Assembly: GCA_964479725.1 (NCBI GenBank)
Contig: CAYZNF010000006.1
Coordinates: 5,518 to 69,517, forward strand
Length of the DNA: 64,000 bases
Direction of reading: 5' to 3'
Source: an uncultured Candidatus Saccharibacteria bacterium
Lineage (GTDB): Bacteria > Patescibacteriota > Minisyncoccia > Minisyncoccales > UBA10102
The notes under the pieces were generated by a model. That model did not search any database and was not told the origin of the DNA. It saw only the letters and a list, made by a program, of their open reading frames with translations. Numbering within the stretch: position 1 is the first letter of the stretch; every line of letters starts with the position of its first letter. A program made the translations under genes and the position numbers. This document shows positions 1-8,683 of the stretch, in pieces.

Positions 1-14
1 CGGATGATATTTTT

Positions 15-965
15 GTGGCTTCGGGGAGCGTGCTTTTATTCAGCCCCGCAAATTATTCCTTTCCCGATACTGTAACCACCCAAACCTCTTTTCCTACGAG
101 AAGTTTTACCACTACCCACAGCGAGACCAGCGGGTTGGGTGCGGTAAATGGCACCATTGTTACGACAGGTACTTCTTTTCGGTGTATTGGAAATTGTGAG
201 TATACTCTTCGTCCCGGAGAAAGCAAGACCGTAGAAATTGAGTTTCATCCTGTGGCGACAGGAGATTTTACCGGAACAATCAAGTCCAACAACGCTAGCC
301 ATACGGGGGGTGCGAGCTTGAACGGAAAAGGAGTGCAGGAGGTCAGTGTGCTTTCCTTTAAACCCGCATCTATTGATTTTGGTGAAGTCAATCCGGGAGA
401 GACAGAAAAAAGGGTGTTAATAATTAATAATCTGTCCGGAAGTCGGGTGGAAGGTATAATTTCTGTAAGCGGTTCTGATTCTTTTTCTTGTACAAACAAC
501 TGCAACTATGCTCTCGATCCGGGAGATACACAGTCAGTTGGTATTCAATTTATTGCTCCTACCGATCCTTCAGGAACTACATACGGTGCAGTGATTTCTG
601 GCACCCAGCCTGGAACAGCGACGATATCGGCAAAAATTGCTGGCGGAGGCGGGGGTGATAACAACGGCGGAGGGAATGGGGAAAGCAAAGACTCGACTAC
701 TATTCGTTTCAAAAACCCCCTAGGGGAAGGCACCACATTTACCGGGCTAATTACCAAAATTGTCGAGTTTCTTATTACCCTCGCCCTTATTATTCTGCCC
801 ATTATCATCGTGTGGGGCGGGCTGATGTTCCTTACTGCCGCGGGAGAACCCGCCAAGATCCAGAAGGCAAAGCAAATTCTAACCTATTCGGTGATTGGCT
901 TTGTCATAATGTTGCTGTCTCGAGCAGTTATAGAGTTTGTGCAAAATCTTCTTGGTGTAAAATAA
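15..965 (+). CDS. Surface/secreted protein with two beta-sandwich-like repeats and a C-terminal TrbC/VirB2-type (T4SS-pilin-like) two-helix hairpin; probably 5'-truncated by the window edge
   Basis: The listed start is GTG and the frame stays open to base 3. Two internal repeats are visible (FRCIGNCEYTLRPGESKTVEIEF and FSCTNNCNYALDPGDTQSVGIQF), followed by a Gly-rich linker. The C-terminus IIIVWGGLMFLTAAGEPAKIQKAKQILTYSVIGFVIMLL matches the hairpin of ORFs 4092..4481 and 4515..5195. Confidence 0.6.
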   Translation: MASGSVLLFSPANYSFPDTVTTQTSFPTRSFTTTHSETSGLGAVNGTIVTTGTSFRCIGNCEYTLRPGESKTVEIEFHPVATGDFTGTIKSNNASHTGGASLNGKGVQEVSVLSFKPASIDFGEVNPGETEKRVLIINNLSGSRVEGIISVSGSDSFSCTNNCNYALDPGDTQSVGIQFIAPTDPSGTTYGAVISGTQPGTATISAKIAGGGGGDNNGGGNGESKDSTTIRFKNPLGEGTTFTGLITKIVEFLITLALIILPIIIVWGGLMFLTAAGEPAKIQKAKQILTYSVIGFVIMLLSRAVIEFVQNLLGVK

Positions 966-970
966 GCAGG

Positions 971-2356
971 CTATCTCCACGAAGAAAGCCACATGCGGTT
1001 TTGGAGTGCGTTATCATCCAGGGGAAAGCCGTATGTAAGGGGAATAAAATAGGCAAAAGCTACGAGTGAGGCTAAGCCCAGCACAAGCAAAATAGGCAGG
1101 GCGTATTTTGCTTTGCCGATAATATATGAGAATATCAGTATCGCAAAAACAAGGGGAATGAAATAGTGGTACAGGAACATCACGCGGGAAATGAGCATGA
1201 AAGGCAAAAAACTCACAAAATATCCTGCGAGAAGAAAATAAAGAGTCTCGTCTTTCCGCAGCGAACGGGATAGGAGCAGGCCCAAAAGCGCCAGCCCTAT
1301 GCCCATGGTTGATCCCCACCAAACAACAGGATTTCCCAGGAGATAAATATATCTATTGTCTTCCGTCCAGTAAAAAACCGTCCTTGCCATTAAGGGCCAG
1401 GAATGCCACTCGCTTCCATAAGGATGTGTTGCCGTAAAGTCCTTGTTGGTAAGGTATTTTACTGCGTTCAATTCCAGGAATTTTTCTACGGTATTCAATT
1501 CGCCTTGGCGGAATTTTTCTGACATAAAAGCGTCTCCTGGACCTGCTTTTGGCAAAAGGGCAAAATGCACAGTAAATACGGCAAAGTAAAGCAAAAAGGG
1601 TATTACGGAAAGAAGAAAAATAAATTTAGGGAACAAAAAAATTTTTCTTTCTTCTCTCGGAACAAAAAAATTCACAATCATATCTTTAGCAAAGATAAGT
1701 GCGGCCAACGCAGGAAAAGCAAGACCTGTCCATTTTACCGAAAAACTAAAGGCAAAAAATGCACCTGCAAGAAAAAGAAAGGGTAAGTAATAGTTTTTGC
1801 GGCGCGAGCTAAAGAAAAATGTGAGTCCTAAAACTCCAAACAAAAGTAAAAAAGCGTCGGGCAGAGCCAGACGGGTGTGAGCAAGGAGTCCGTTTTCGAG
1901 GAGGATAAACAGGCCGGCAAAAAAAGAAACAAGCCGGCGAACACCCAGAGAACGCATTAAAAAGTACACGGCAAGAGGCAAAAAGCTTCCAGCCAGGGCA
2001 GGCAATACGCGCAGGGCATGGATATTCGAGAGTTCTTTGCCTATGTGCTCAAAAGAGAAAGAAGCGTCTTGGTAGCCAAAAAGCCATCCGCTCAAGGTTA
2101 TGAGGAGGGAGCCAAGTGGCGGGTGAATATCGAAAAAATATTTGCCGGAAAGGTATCCGTTTGAGAATGTCCCATAATGGACTTCGTCAAATACTACCTG
2201 GTCGGGGTAGGAAATAAAAAGGAAATGCAGTAAAAAACTTGCCAAAAGCAAAAAAGCAATGCCAAAGATGGGTAATTTGCTAGATAGCGTAGAGGGCATA
2301 GTCGGTATTTTCATAAATAAGCTTAAAATTACTGTCGAATAACTGTTTTTGCACAC
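971..2356 (-). CDS. GT-C family dolichyl/polyprenyl-phosphate-mannose protein mannosyltransferase-like glycosyltransferase (PMT/GT39-like)
   Basis: The first-loop motif FDEVHYGTFSNGYLSGKYFFDIHPPLG is typical of PMT/GT39 enzymes, and the protein has many hydrophobic helices. It overlaps the upstream gene by 77 nt, so an internal Met (MKIPTM) may be the true start. Confidence 0.7.
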   Translation of the reverse strand: MCKNSYSTVILSLFMKIPTMPSTLSSKLPIFGIAFLLLASFLLHFLFISYPDQVVFDEVHYGTFSNGYLSGKYFFDIHPPLGSLLITLSGWLFGYQDASFSFEHIGKELSNIHALRVLPALAGSFLPLAVYFLMRSLGVRRLVSFFAGLFILLENGLLAHTRLALPDAFLLLFGVLGLTFFFSSRRKNYYLPFLFLAGAFFAFSFSVKWTGLAFPALAALIFAKDMIVNFFVPREERKIFLFPKFIFLLSVIPFLLYFAVFTVHFALLPKAGPGDAFMSEKFRQGELNTVEKFLELNAVKYLTNKDFTATHPYGSEWHSWPLMARTVFYWTEDNRYIYLLGNPVVWWGSTMGIGLALLGLLLSRSLRKDETLYFLLAGYFVSFLPFMLISRVMFLYHYFIPLVFAILIFSYIIGKAKYALPILLVLGLASLVAFAYFIPLTYGFPLDDNALQNRMWLSSWR

Positions 2357-4037
2357 CCCAGTCGTACTTAACTAAGGGATCGAGCAAAATATATGAAATG
2401 TTGTATTTTTCCAGAACGTCTTTTCGCTGGTAGGGGTTTTGATAAAAAGCTCTTGTATCATCCAGTCTTTTCTGATAAGGAATTCCCCGTGTCCAGAGCC
2501 ACCCTGGATATCCAACGAGTACGGGTTTTCCAGCAAGCGAAGCAACAGGATTAATATGCGAGGGTCCGGTGAGGATAACTGCTTTATCTGGAACGTTTTG
2601 TTTTATGAATTTCGCGGCTTCCCAAGCGTTGGCGGTAAAAAGCACGGGGGGATTATTCCGAATCTGAATTATACGGGGAATAAGGTCTAAAACGGCGCCG
2701 TGCGTGGAGAGGATAAGAAACACGATCAAGAGTCCCCATCCCAATGCTTTCCATGTTGAGGCTATTCGGCCAAAAAGGAAAATAATAGGTATTACCGCGA
2801 AAAATTGAAAGTATACGAGGATTTTGTTGTTATCATAATCCCATGGCTGGAATTGAATGGTTTGCACAAGGAAAAACAGGGCAAAAGCCGCGGCGGCAAA
2901 TGTAAGTATGGGTAATGACTGTTTACCCCTTTTAAACAGATATATTGAAAAAATAAAAAAGGCGGGCAGGATGACGCCGAAGTTCATCCAGGTATAATTA
3001 AGGTAGGCAATCAACTTGGAGAATGCTGTGGGCAGGGGCGGATAAACAACAGATCCGTAGGCTGGATCTGTCATCCATCCCAGGCGAAAGCGCAAGAAAG
3101 ACTGCACGGAGGATTCAAATGCTCCATTGAAGAAGTGGGCGAGATAGGCAAGCTGTGGCAGGGCGGTTGCTCCTCCTATAAGCAAAACAGCAGCGTAATT
3201 TTTAAAGCGGGTAAAATCTTTTTTTAGCAAAGCGCTCACGGCAAAAAATACAAGCATAGTTCCTATGGCAATGAATGAATGAATATGCGAGAGGGGAGCT
3301 ATGCCAAAAAGGATGCCCAAAAGCGCGATATGCCGCTTTTTTAATAAGCCTTCGGTTTTGAGGAGAATAAGCAGAATAACTAAAAATAGAAATAATCCAA
3401 GCAGGAAAGGGTGCTGATGGAGGAATACAAGGCCAAAGGGCGATCCCCAGGCAATATTTTGCTCTGGGTATTGGTTTGCCAATTGGGTAATGAAAGACAC
3501 ATGGTTGACAGCCATGTAGGAAAAAAACTGGGGAATATCCATCCCTTCTTGGAGGAACTTGTCTTTGAGAGTTCCATATGCGCCAAATCCCGATCCAAAA
3601 AGAAAAATCAATACTCCAAAAAGAGCCAGTACCTTGCCTTTGAATATTTTTTGGTATACCAAAAATAGCAGAGCGATATTTGCCAGCGCCAATATTAAAA
3701 TAGGCGCTTGGAAAGCGAACATCCACGAATTGGTAAGGCGCAAGAGTATTCCGCTAAAAAAATTGAGTAAAAAGTGGTAGGTTAGGGGCTCCCCAATGAA
3801 GATAGGTTCTTCCAGGTTAAAGATATTGCCAAAGGCAAACTTGCTTATTTGGGTCATCCTTAAAGCAACGTCCCCATTGCCAGCAAAGGTAGTGAGAATA
3901 TTGCCTTTTTCGTCAATCCAAAACGACGAAACAAGGAAAAATATATGGACAAGGGCAATCGCGGCGAGTACCGACCCTATGCCAATATTGAGCAAGTTAT
4001 TTTTGATCCAGTTTTTTGGGGCAAAAAAAATATTCAT
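2280..4037 (-). CDS. Polytopic membrane protein, candidate second GT-C-type glycosyltransferase with a C-terminal soluble domain
   Basis: 585 aa with more than 10 hydrophobic segments and an acidic first loop (WIDEKGN..GDVAL). The soluble tail begins around NPPVLFTANAWEAAKFIK. It is co-oriented and overlapping with the PMT-like gene. The function is inferred from architecture only. Confidence 0.45.
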   Translation of the reverse strand: MNIFFAPKNWIKNNLLNIGIGSVLAAIALVHIFFLVSSFWIDEKGNILTTFAGNGDVALRMTQISKFAFGNIFNLEEPIFIGEPLTYHFLLNFFSGILLRLTNSWMFAFQAPILILALANIALLFLVYQKIFKGKVLALFGVLIFLFGSGFGAYGTLKDKFLQEGMDIPQFFSYMAVNHVSFITQLANQYPEQNIAWGSPFGLVFLHQHPFLLGLFLFLVILLILLKTEGLLKKRHIALLGILFGIAPLSHIHSFIAIGTMLVFFAVSALLKKDFTRFKNYAAVLLIGGATALPQLAYLAHFFNGAFESSVQSFLRFRLGWMTDPAYGSVVYPPLPTAFSKLIAYLNYTWMNFGVILPAFFIFSIYLFKRGKQSLPILTFAAAAFALFFLVQTIQFQPWDYDNNKILVYFQFFAVIPIIFLFGRIASTWKALGWGLLIVFLILSTHGAVLDLIPRIIQIRNNPPVLFTANAWEAAKFIKQNVPDKAVILTGPSHINPVASLAGKPVLVGYPGWLWTRGIPYQKRLDDTRAFYQNPYQRKDVLEKYNISYILLDPLVKYDWGVQKQLFDSNFKLIYENTDYALYAI

Positions 4038-4091
4038 ACCTCAAATACCACAGTATAATCATAGCATAATTTTACCGGATCAAATCTGGGC

Positions 4092-4481
4092 TTGGAGGAA
4101 AATTTAAGGATGTGTTATAATACAAAAATGCGAAAAACACTTTTTTTTCATGCGGGCTGGGTTTCGGCTTTGAGTTTGTTTCCCCGCATGAGTTATGCCC
4201 AAGAAGGGGAACGCGCTCCGGAAATTCCTTACGAAAATCTGCCCGGCATGGAAGCCATATTGCAGTTGGGCGGAGTGATATTCCACTGGTTGCTTATTAT
4301 AGGGCTTGTCATAGCTCCGATTGTCGTTCTGTACGCCGGATTTTTGTTTTTGACGGGAGGAACAAATCCCGAAAATATTTCCAAAGCTAAGCAAGTTCTG
4401 CTGTATGCTATTATAGGGTTGGTAGTAATTATCCTGTCGGGAGCAGTGGTCAACATTGTACGGGATTTGCTGGGAGTATGA
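4092..4481 (+). CDS. Small TrbC/VirB2-type (T4SS-pilin-like) membrane hairpin protein
   Basis: The likely start is MRKTLFF at 4128, with a signal-like N-terminus ending SYAQ. The C-terminus VVLYAGFLFLTGGTNPENISKAKQVLLYAIIGLVVIILSGAVVNIVRDLLGV is paralogous to the tails of 15..965 and 4515..5195. Confidence 0.65.
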   Translation: MEENLRMCYNTKMRKTLFFHAGWVSALSLFPRMSYAQEGERAPEIPYENLPGMEAILQLGGVIFHWLLIIGLVIAPIVVLYAGFLFLTGGTNPENISKAKQVLLYAIIGLVVIILSGAVVNIVRDLLGV

Positions 4482-4514
4482 TGTTGTTGCGTAAGAGGAA
4501 ATTAGCCAGTATCA

Positions 4515-5195
4515 TTGAATAATGCAAAAGGTCGCAAAGAAAGAAGTTTTATGCTGAAAAATATGTTTGTGAAAAAAGTTTTGGCAACAATGGTTTTGTC
4601 CGCGGTTGTCGCGTTGGTGGGCGTTACCGCCGTACTAGCTCAAGCCGCTCCGACATTGAGCGCGACTCGAGGGAACGGCTATGTTGATCTTTCGTGGGGC
4701 GGGAACACGAATGCGACTGTGTATCGCGTAAATGGCAGTTGTCCTGGGAGTAATCTTACGAATGTAATTCAAAGCAGTGTTACTGCGCCATATCGCGATT
4801 CTGGCTTAACGAATGGACAAACCTACTGCTATCAAATAGCTGTTTCTTCTAGCTTTTCCAATCAGGTAGCAGCAACGCCAGGCGTAGGCTTTAGCCCAGC
4901 AACCCCAGATCCAACATTTGGCGCAACTCCCGACCAAAACAAGTTGCCTCAAAGTGTCAACGATATATTAAGATTCTTTTCGGGACTGGCAACCTGGTTC
5001 TTCGTGGGATTGATGCTGATAGTAACATTCCTCGTGCTGTACGGAGCGTTCCTGTTCCTTACTTCACAGGGAAATCCAGAAAAGACACAGCAGGCAAGAG
5101 GTTTGCTTTTATGGGTGGCAATTGGCATAATCGTTGCCGCTTTGGCGTGGGTATTTCCGCGAATTGTGCAAAATTTCGTCGGAGTTGGGCAGTAG
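4515..5195 (+). CDS. FN3-like domain protein with a C-terminal TrbC/VirB2-type hairpin
   Basis: The listed start is TTG, with an alternative ATG (MLKNMFVKK) at 4551. It has a signal peptide ending LAQA and an FN3-like segment (YVDLSWGGNTNATVYRV...GLTNGQTYCYQIAV). The tail is LVLYGAFLFLTSQGNPEKTQQARGLLLWVAIGIIVAAL. Confidence 0.65.
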   Translation: MNNAKGRKERSFMLKNMFVKKVLATMVLSAVVALVGVTAVLAQAAPTLSATRGNGYVDLSWGGNTNATVYRVNGSCPGSNLTNVIQSSVTAPYRDSGLTNGQTYCYQIAVSSSFSNQVAATPGVGFSPATPDPTFGATPDQNKLPQSVNDILRFFSGLATWFFVGLMLIVTFLVLYGAFLFLTSQGNPEKTQQARGLLLWVAIGIIVAALAWVFPRIVQNFVGVGQ

Positions 5196-5216
5196 AATAA
5201 ATGTTCGCAAGTTCGA

Positions 5217-5253
5217 AAACAGCCCTGAGCGTAGTCTAAGGGCTGTTTTGTTT
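5217..5253 (+). terminator. Rho-independent terminator after the pilin-hairpin gene
   Basis: aaaacagccc-[14 nt loop]-gggctgtttt followed by gttt, about 22 nt after the stop at 5195. Confidence 0.6.
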
Positions 5254-5303
5254 GGCGTTGAAATTATGGGGAAAACGGAGTATAAAAAGAGGGAGTAAAG
5301 CAA

Positions 5304-5441
5304 CATCAGGATGGAAGGGAACGTACTACAGCTTCTTATCGTCCATTTACACTTCTTTTAGTTGAAGAGTATGAAATTCGAAAAGATGCAAGAGTACGAG
5401 AAAAGTACTTGAAGTCTGGAGTAGGCAGAGAGTGGATTAAA
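5304..5441 (+). pseudogene. Remnant (C-terminal two-thirds) of a small GIY-YIG family ORF, abutting tRNA-Leu
   Basis: The translation HQDGRERTTASYRPFTLLLVEEYEIRKDARVREKYLKSGVGREWIK aligns with the intact 31330..31569 protein (RHNSGHVPATENRRPVKL...FEFEKYLKSGSGRAFLNK). The N-terminal GIY-YIG half is missing, stops lie upstream, and the frame runs into the tRNA. Confidence 0.55.
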
Positions 5442-5445
5442 ATAT

Positions 5446-5527
5446 GCCGCGGTGGCGGAATTGGCAGACGCGCCAGCCTTAGGAGCTGGTGGGGCAACCC
5501 GTGAGAGTTCGACTCTCTCCCGCGGCA
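5446..5527 (+). tRNA. tRNA-Leu (anticodon UAG)
   Basis: Acceptor GCCGCGG/CCGCGGC, anticodon stem-loop CCAGC-CTTAGGA-GCTGG, long variable arm, T-loop GTTCGACTC. No CCA is encoded. Confidence 0.85.
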
Positions 5528-5533
5528 CTATAT

Positions 5534-6724
5534 ATGGCAGGCAAAAATTTTTGCGAAGAATGCGGACAGCCGAATTTATACCACTTCAACACGTGGCTGG
5601 AAGAATTGGGCAGTCACCTTCTCCCTCCATTAAAATTGGCTCCCAAAATCGAATCACTATTCGATGTTTTTCTTGAAAAGCTTTTTATCTTCCTAAAACT
5701 TGCGCAATTGCGGCCGGATTTTAAAAGCTCCGACATCCAGCTTCGGTCGTCTTGTTTTATTGATGAAATGAAAAAACGGGGAGCGGTTTTTTATGCCTTG
5801 CAGTCAATTTTTGGATTTACCAGCCACTTTAAAATGGAGATTAGCGGAAAAATTTTCCGATTTGAAACCCTGCCTGCGGCGGATTTTGAAAGCAAATACA
5901 CATCCAAAATTGTTGATGACAAGGAACTAGCCAAACGCCACTGCGAAAAAGGCGGATTTCCGGTTGCCCGAGGCCGGTCGTTTTGGTTTTGGCAAAAAAA
6001 TAAAGCGATTCAATTCGGGCGGAAAATTGGTTTTCCTCTTGTCGTGAAACCAAGAGGGGGGTCGGTGAGCCGGCATGTTACGACAGACATACAAAGCGAA
6101 GAGCATCTTGAGAAAGCGATCCGCCGCGCGATTGTTTATTCCCCGGCATTTATTGTTGAAAAATTTATTACCGATGGTTTTGTGTATCGAGCCACAGTCA
6201 TTGATTTCGATTTTACAGTATGCGTTACGCAGGTTCCTGCAAACATTACGGGTGATGGAGTTTCAACAATACGTAAGCTTATCGATGAAAAGAACAGCAG
6301 ACCCGACAGGGGAGAGTCTCATCAAAAACAGTTTACGCTCTACAAAATCGCGGAAAACGAAACTACACGGGCATTGCTTGCTGAAAGGGGATACGGTTAT
6401 GAAACAATTCCAAAGAATAGAGAAATTATATACCTGCAAAAAGATCCGTTTCTAAAATTGGGAGGCGATCTTGTTGAAGTAACGCCAAGTATTCATAGAG
6501 ACAATTTGAAGCTCTTTCGCGACTTGGCGCGTTTTTTTGATATACGGATAACCGGCATCGATTTTTTGGCGCATGATATCGGCATGTCCTGGAAAAACCA
6601 GCCTTGCGCTGTTTTGGAGTTAAATAGCATGCCATGTATTGAGTTGCACCATTTCCCGTCTTCCGGAGCGCCAACAAATCCCGCCAAAGCGCTGGCAGAT
6701 ATGTTTTTCAAGTACTATCTATGA
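5534..6724 (+). CDS. ATP-grasp family ligase (resembles the N-terminal plus ATP-grasp part of cyanophycin synthetase; no Mur-ligase-like domain)
   Basis: ATP-grasp-like core: FPLVVKPRGGSVSRHVT...FIVEKFITDGFVYRATVI...ITGIDFLAHDI...AVLELNSMPCIELHHFP. The ORF-track start at 5489 overlaps tRNA-Leu, so Met at 5534 (MAGKNFCEECG) was chosen. Confidence 0.55.
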   Translation: MAGKNFCEECGQPNLYHFNTWLEELGSHLLPPLKLAPKIESLFDVFLEKLFIFLKLAQLRPDFKSSDIQLRSSCFIDEMKKRGAVFYALQSIFGFTSHFKMEISGKIFRFETLPAADFESKYTSKIVDDKELAKRHCEKGGFPVARGRSFWFWQKNKAIQFGRKIGFPLVVKPRGGSVSRHVTTDIQSEEHLEKAIRRAIVYSPAFIVEKFITDGFVYRATVIDFDFTVCVTQVPANITGDGVSTIRKLIDEKNSRPDRGESHQKQFTLYKIAENETTRALLAERGYGYETIPKNREIIYLQKDPFLKLGGDLVEVTPSIHRDNLKLFRDLARFFDIRITGIDFLAHDIGMSWKNQPCAVLELNSMPCIELHHFPSSGAPTNPAKALADMFFKYYL

Positions 6725-7290
6725 GCGTTCTAATTCTCAATGCCGCAATATTTTTGGCTGATTTTGGGTTGTTTGGCTTTCTTTTATTGTTTTTAATTTT
6801 GGCGGCTGATGCTGTTTGGCGTGGACACTACCTGCCCACCAGTAATAGAGCGAGAAGAAACATAGCGAAAATCGTATCGGAGCATAAATCTGCCAGTAAA
6901 TTTTACGATTTAGGTTGCGGGCATGGCGGCCTCGCGCTCTATATAAAAAGCAGGTTTCCCTCTCTTTGTGTGCGTGCCATAGATAACAGTTTGGTCAGGA
7001 TTTTATTTGCCAAAATGACAGCGCTGTTTTTGTTGCGCCGTGTCCAATTTATTCAAAAAAACATTTTTGACGCGGATATAAGCGATGCCGACATTGTATA
7101 CGCCTACCTATGGTATGATTTGCTTCCGCCCCTGGAGAAAAAACTCCGAAAAGAGCTGAAACAAGGTGCGATTGTTATTACCAATACGTCACATTTTCCA
7201 AATTGGGAGCCAATAAAAAAAATAGTTACCCACACAAAAATCACGGGAATCCCAGATTTCGAAACTTTGTTTGTGTATCGAAAAGATTAA
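6721..7290 (+). CDS. Class I SAM-dependent methyltransferase with an N-terminal membrane anchor
   Basis: Motif I FYDLGCGHGGLALYI, preceded by a hydrophobic N-terminus. ATGA start/stop overlap with the ATP-grasp gene. Confidence 0.6.
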   Translation: MSVLILNAAIFLADFGLFGFLLLFLILAADAVWRGHYLPTSNRARRNIAKIVSEHKSASKFYDLGCGHGGLALYIKSRFPSLCVRAIDNSLVRILFAKMTALFLLRRVQFIQKNIFDADISDADIVYAYLWYDLLPPLEKKLRKELKQGAIVITNTSHFPNWEPIKKIVTHTKITGIPDFETLFVYRKD

Positions 7291-7294
7291 AACC

Positions 7295-7924
7295 CTAACT
7301 TTTTATCTTGATTTTCTTCATCTTTACCCTCTCGTCTACCTTGGGTAGGCGCAAGGTTAGGATTCCGTTTTTCATTGTGGCTTCAGCCCTTTCTATGTCT
7401 ACTGGCTGGGGGAGGATGATTTGCCTTGAAAAAGGACCCCAATAGCATTCCTGGTAAAAATATTTCTTTTCTTCCGCTTCGTGGGGATTCTTTCTTTCCC
7501 CGAAAATGGTTACAATATCTTCTTCTATGCTTATTTCCAGCTCTTCGGGACGCACTCCTGCGATTGTCGATTGGATGACAATTTCCCCGTCGGTCTGGTA
7601 TACATCTGCGGCAAGCTCTCCTTCCGCGACAAACCATTCCTGCCCTTCCTGGTCTTCTTCCGATTTTGCCGGGCTGGTTTCTTCTTCGGATTCGGTGTCT
7701 CTTACTTCAACCTTTTTCTTTTTCTTGCCTTTTGACGCTTGAACCGCGGGAGTTTTTTCTTCGGGATCTGGCGTCACCGCTTTTAAGGCCGAACTTTTCT
7801 TTGGTTTTTGTTCTTCTGCTGTATCTATTCCATTTGTCTGGCTTGCCGGTTCTTCTGTTTTTTCGTATTCTTCCAGATGCTCGATACCTACTCCTTTCTT
7901 AAGTTTTTCAAAAAATGAAGGCAT
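7295..7924 (-). CDS. Hsp20/alpha-crystallin small heat-shock protein with a long charged N-terminal extension
   Basis: ACD-like region LAADVYQTDGEIVIQSTIAGVRPEELEISIEEDIVTIFGERK...ATMKNGILTLRLPK. Confidence 0.8.
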   Translation of the reverse strand: MPSFFEKLKKGVGIEHLEEYEKTEEPASQTNGIDTAEEQKPKKSSALKAVTPDPEEKTPAVQASKGKKKKKVEVRDTESEEETSPAKSEEDQEGQEWFVAEGELAADVYQTDGEIVIQSTIAGVRPEELEISIEEDIVTIFGERKNPHEAEEKKYFYQECYWGPFSRQIILPQPVDIERAEATMKNGILTLRLPKVDERVKMKKIKIKS

Positions 7925-8683
7925 TTATGTTTTGCAGACGCTTTTCGTATTCCTTAGCTTCGTGAAAGCCAAAGAAACGAAAAAGGCCAGAATTACTAAT
8001 ATAAGTGTGGGTATAAGCAGGTATGAAGTGCTTTTGTCCCCTAATGTATATATATAAAAATTGAACACTCCATGCAACCCCGTTGCTATTGCAAGTCCCG
8101 TAATGGTGTAGAAAAAATGATACTTTTTGCGTAGGAAAGACAAGGCAATAAAGTAGCCGAATAGTCCGGAAGCCAGCGCGTGAAGGAATATGGCCCCCAC
8201 AGAGCGGAATACGTTTACCCACAGGATTTGATCGAAAGTATTAGCTTGGGCAACATCAATAAGGCGCCACATATACAGCATATTTTCCATTGCGGCGAAG
8301 CCCAGGGCGGCAACCACCATATAAACCATGACATCCACAGGCTCGTCGAGGTTTTTATTGGAAAAGGCGCCAAATCGGGCTCCCAGGTATTTAAATGTTT
8401 CCTCGACCAGAGCAACGATCGCAAAAAAATATACGAAGGAATAGATCGTACTTGTTTCTGCTAGGGAAGTAAGTCCCAAGAGATGTTGGGCATACCTTTC
8501 TATAACCAGCACCGGCAAAGTAGCAAACATGCCCAAGACAAAGACCCAAAGTATCATTTTTTTTGGTTCGGGGTGCCTGTCTTTTTTGAGGTAGTAGCCT
8601 AACCAAAGAATGCTCGGCATAAATCCGATCAGGAGGTAAAATAAGGTGCGATAATTCGCGTGCTGGTTCAAGAATTCATCCAT
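7925..8683 (-). CDS. PrsW-family intramembrane protease-like protein
   Basis: Multi-TM protein with LVEETFKYLG and FLHALASGLFGY motifs, as in PrsW proteases. No gap to hsp20. Confidence 0.6.
   Translation of the reverse strand: MDEFLNQHANYRTLFYLLIGFMPSILWLGYYLKKDRHPEPKKMILWVFVLGMFATLPVLVIERYAQHLLGLTSLAETSTIYSFVYFFAIVALVEETFKYLGARFGAFSNKNLDEPVDVMVYMVVAALGFAAMENMLYMWRLIDVAQANTFDQILWVNVFRSVGAIFLHALASGLFGYFIALSFLRKKYHFFYTITGLAIATGLHGVFNFYIYTLGDKSTSYLLIPTLILVILAFFVSLAFTKLRNTKSVCKT

Noticed and set aside
2280-4037. Calling the 585-aa membrane protein an STT3/AglB-type oligosaccharyltransferase because of a QPWDYDNNK string resembling WWDYG
   Set aside because: The motif is imperfect, and it is followed by further TM helices rather than sitting at the start of the soluble domain. 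Only a generic GT-C-like call is justified.
5489-5533. ORF-track start of the ATP-grasp gene, and the 5452..5676 ORF
   Set aside because: Both overlap tRNA-Leu (5446..5527). Their sequence is just a translated tRNA. The Met at 5534 was used instead.
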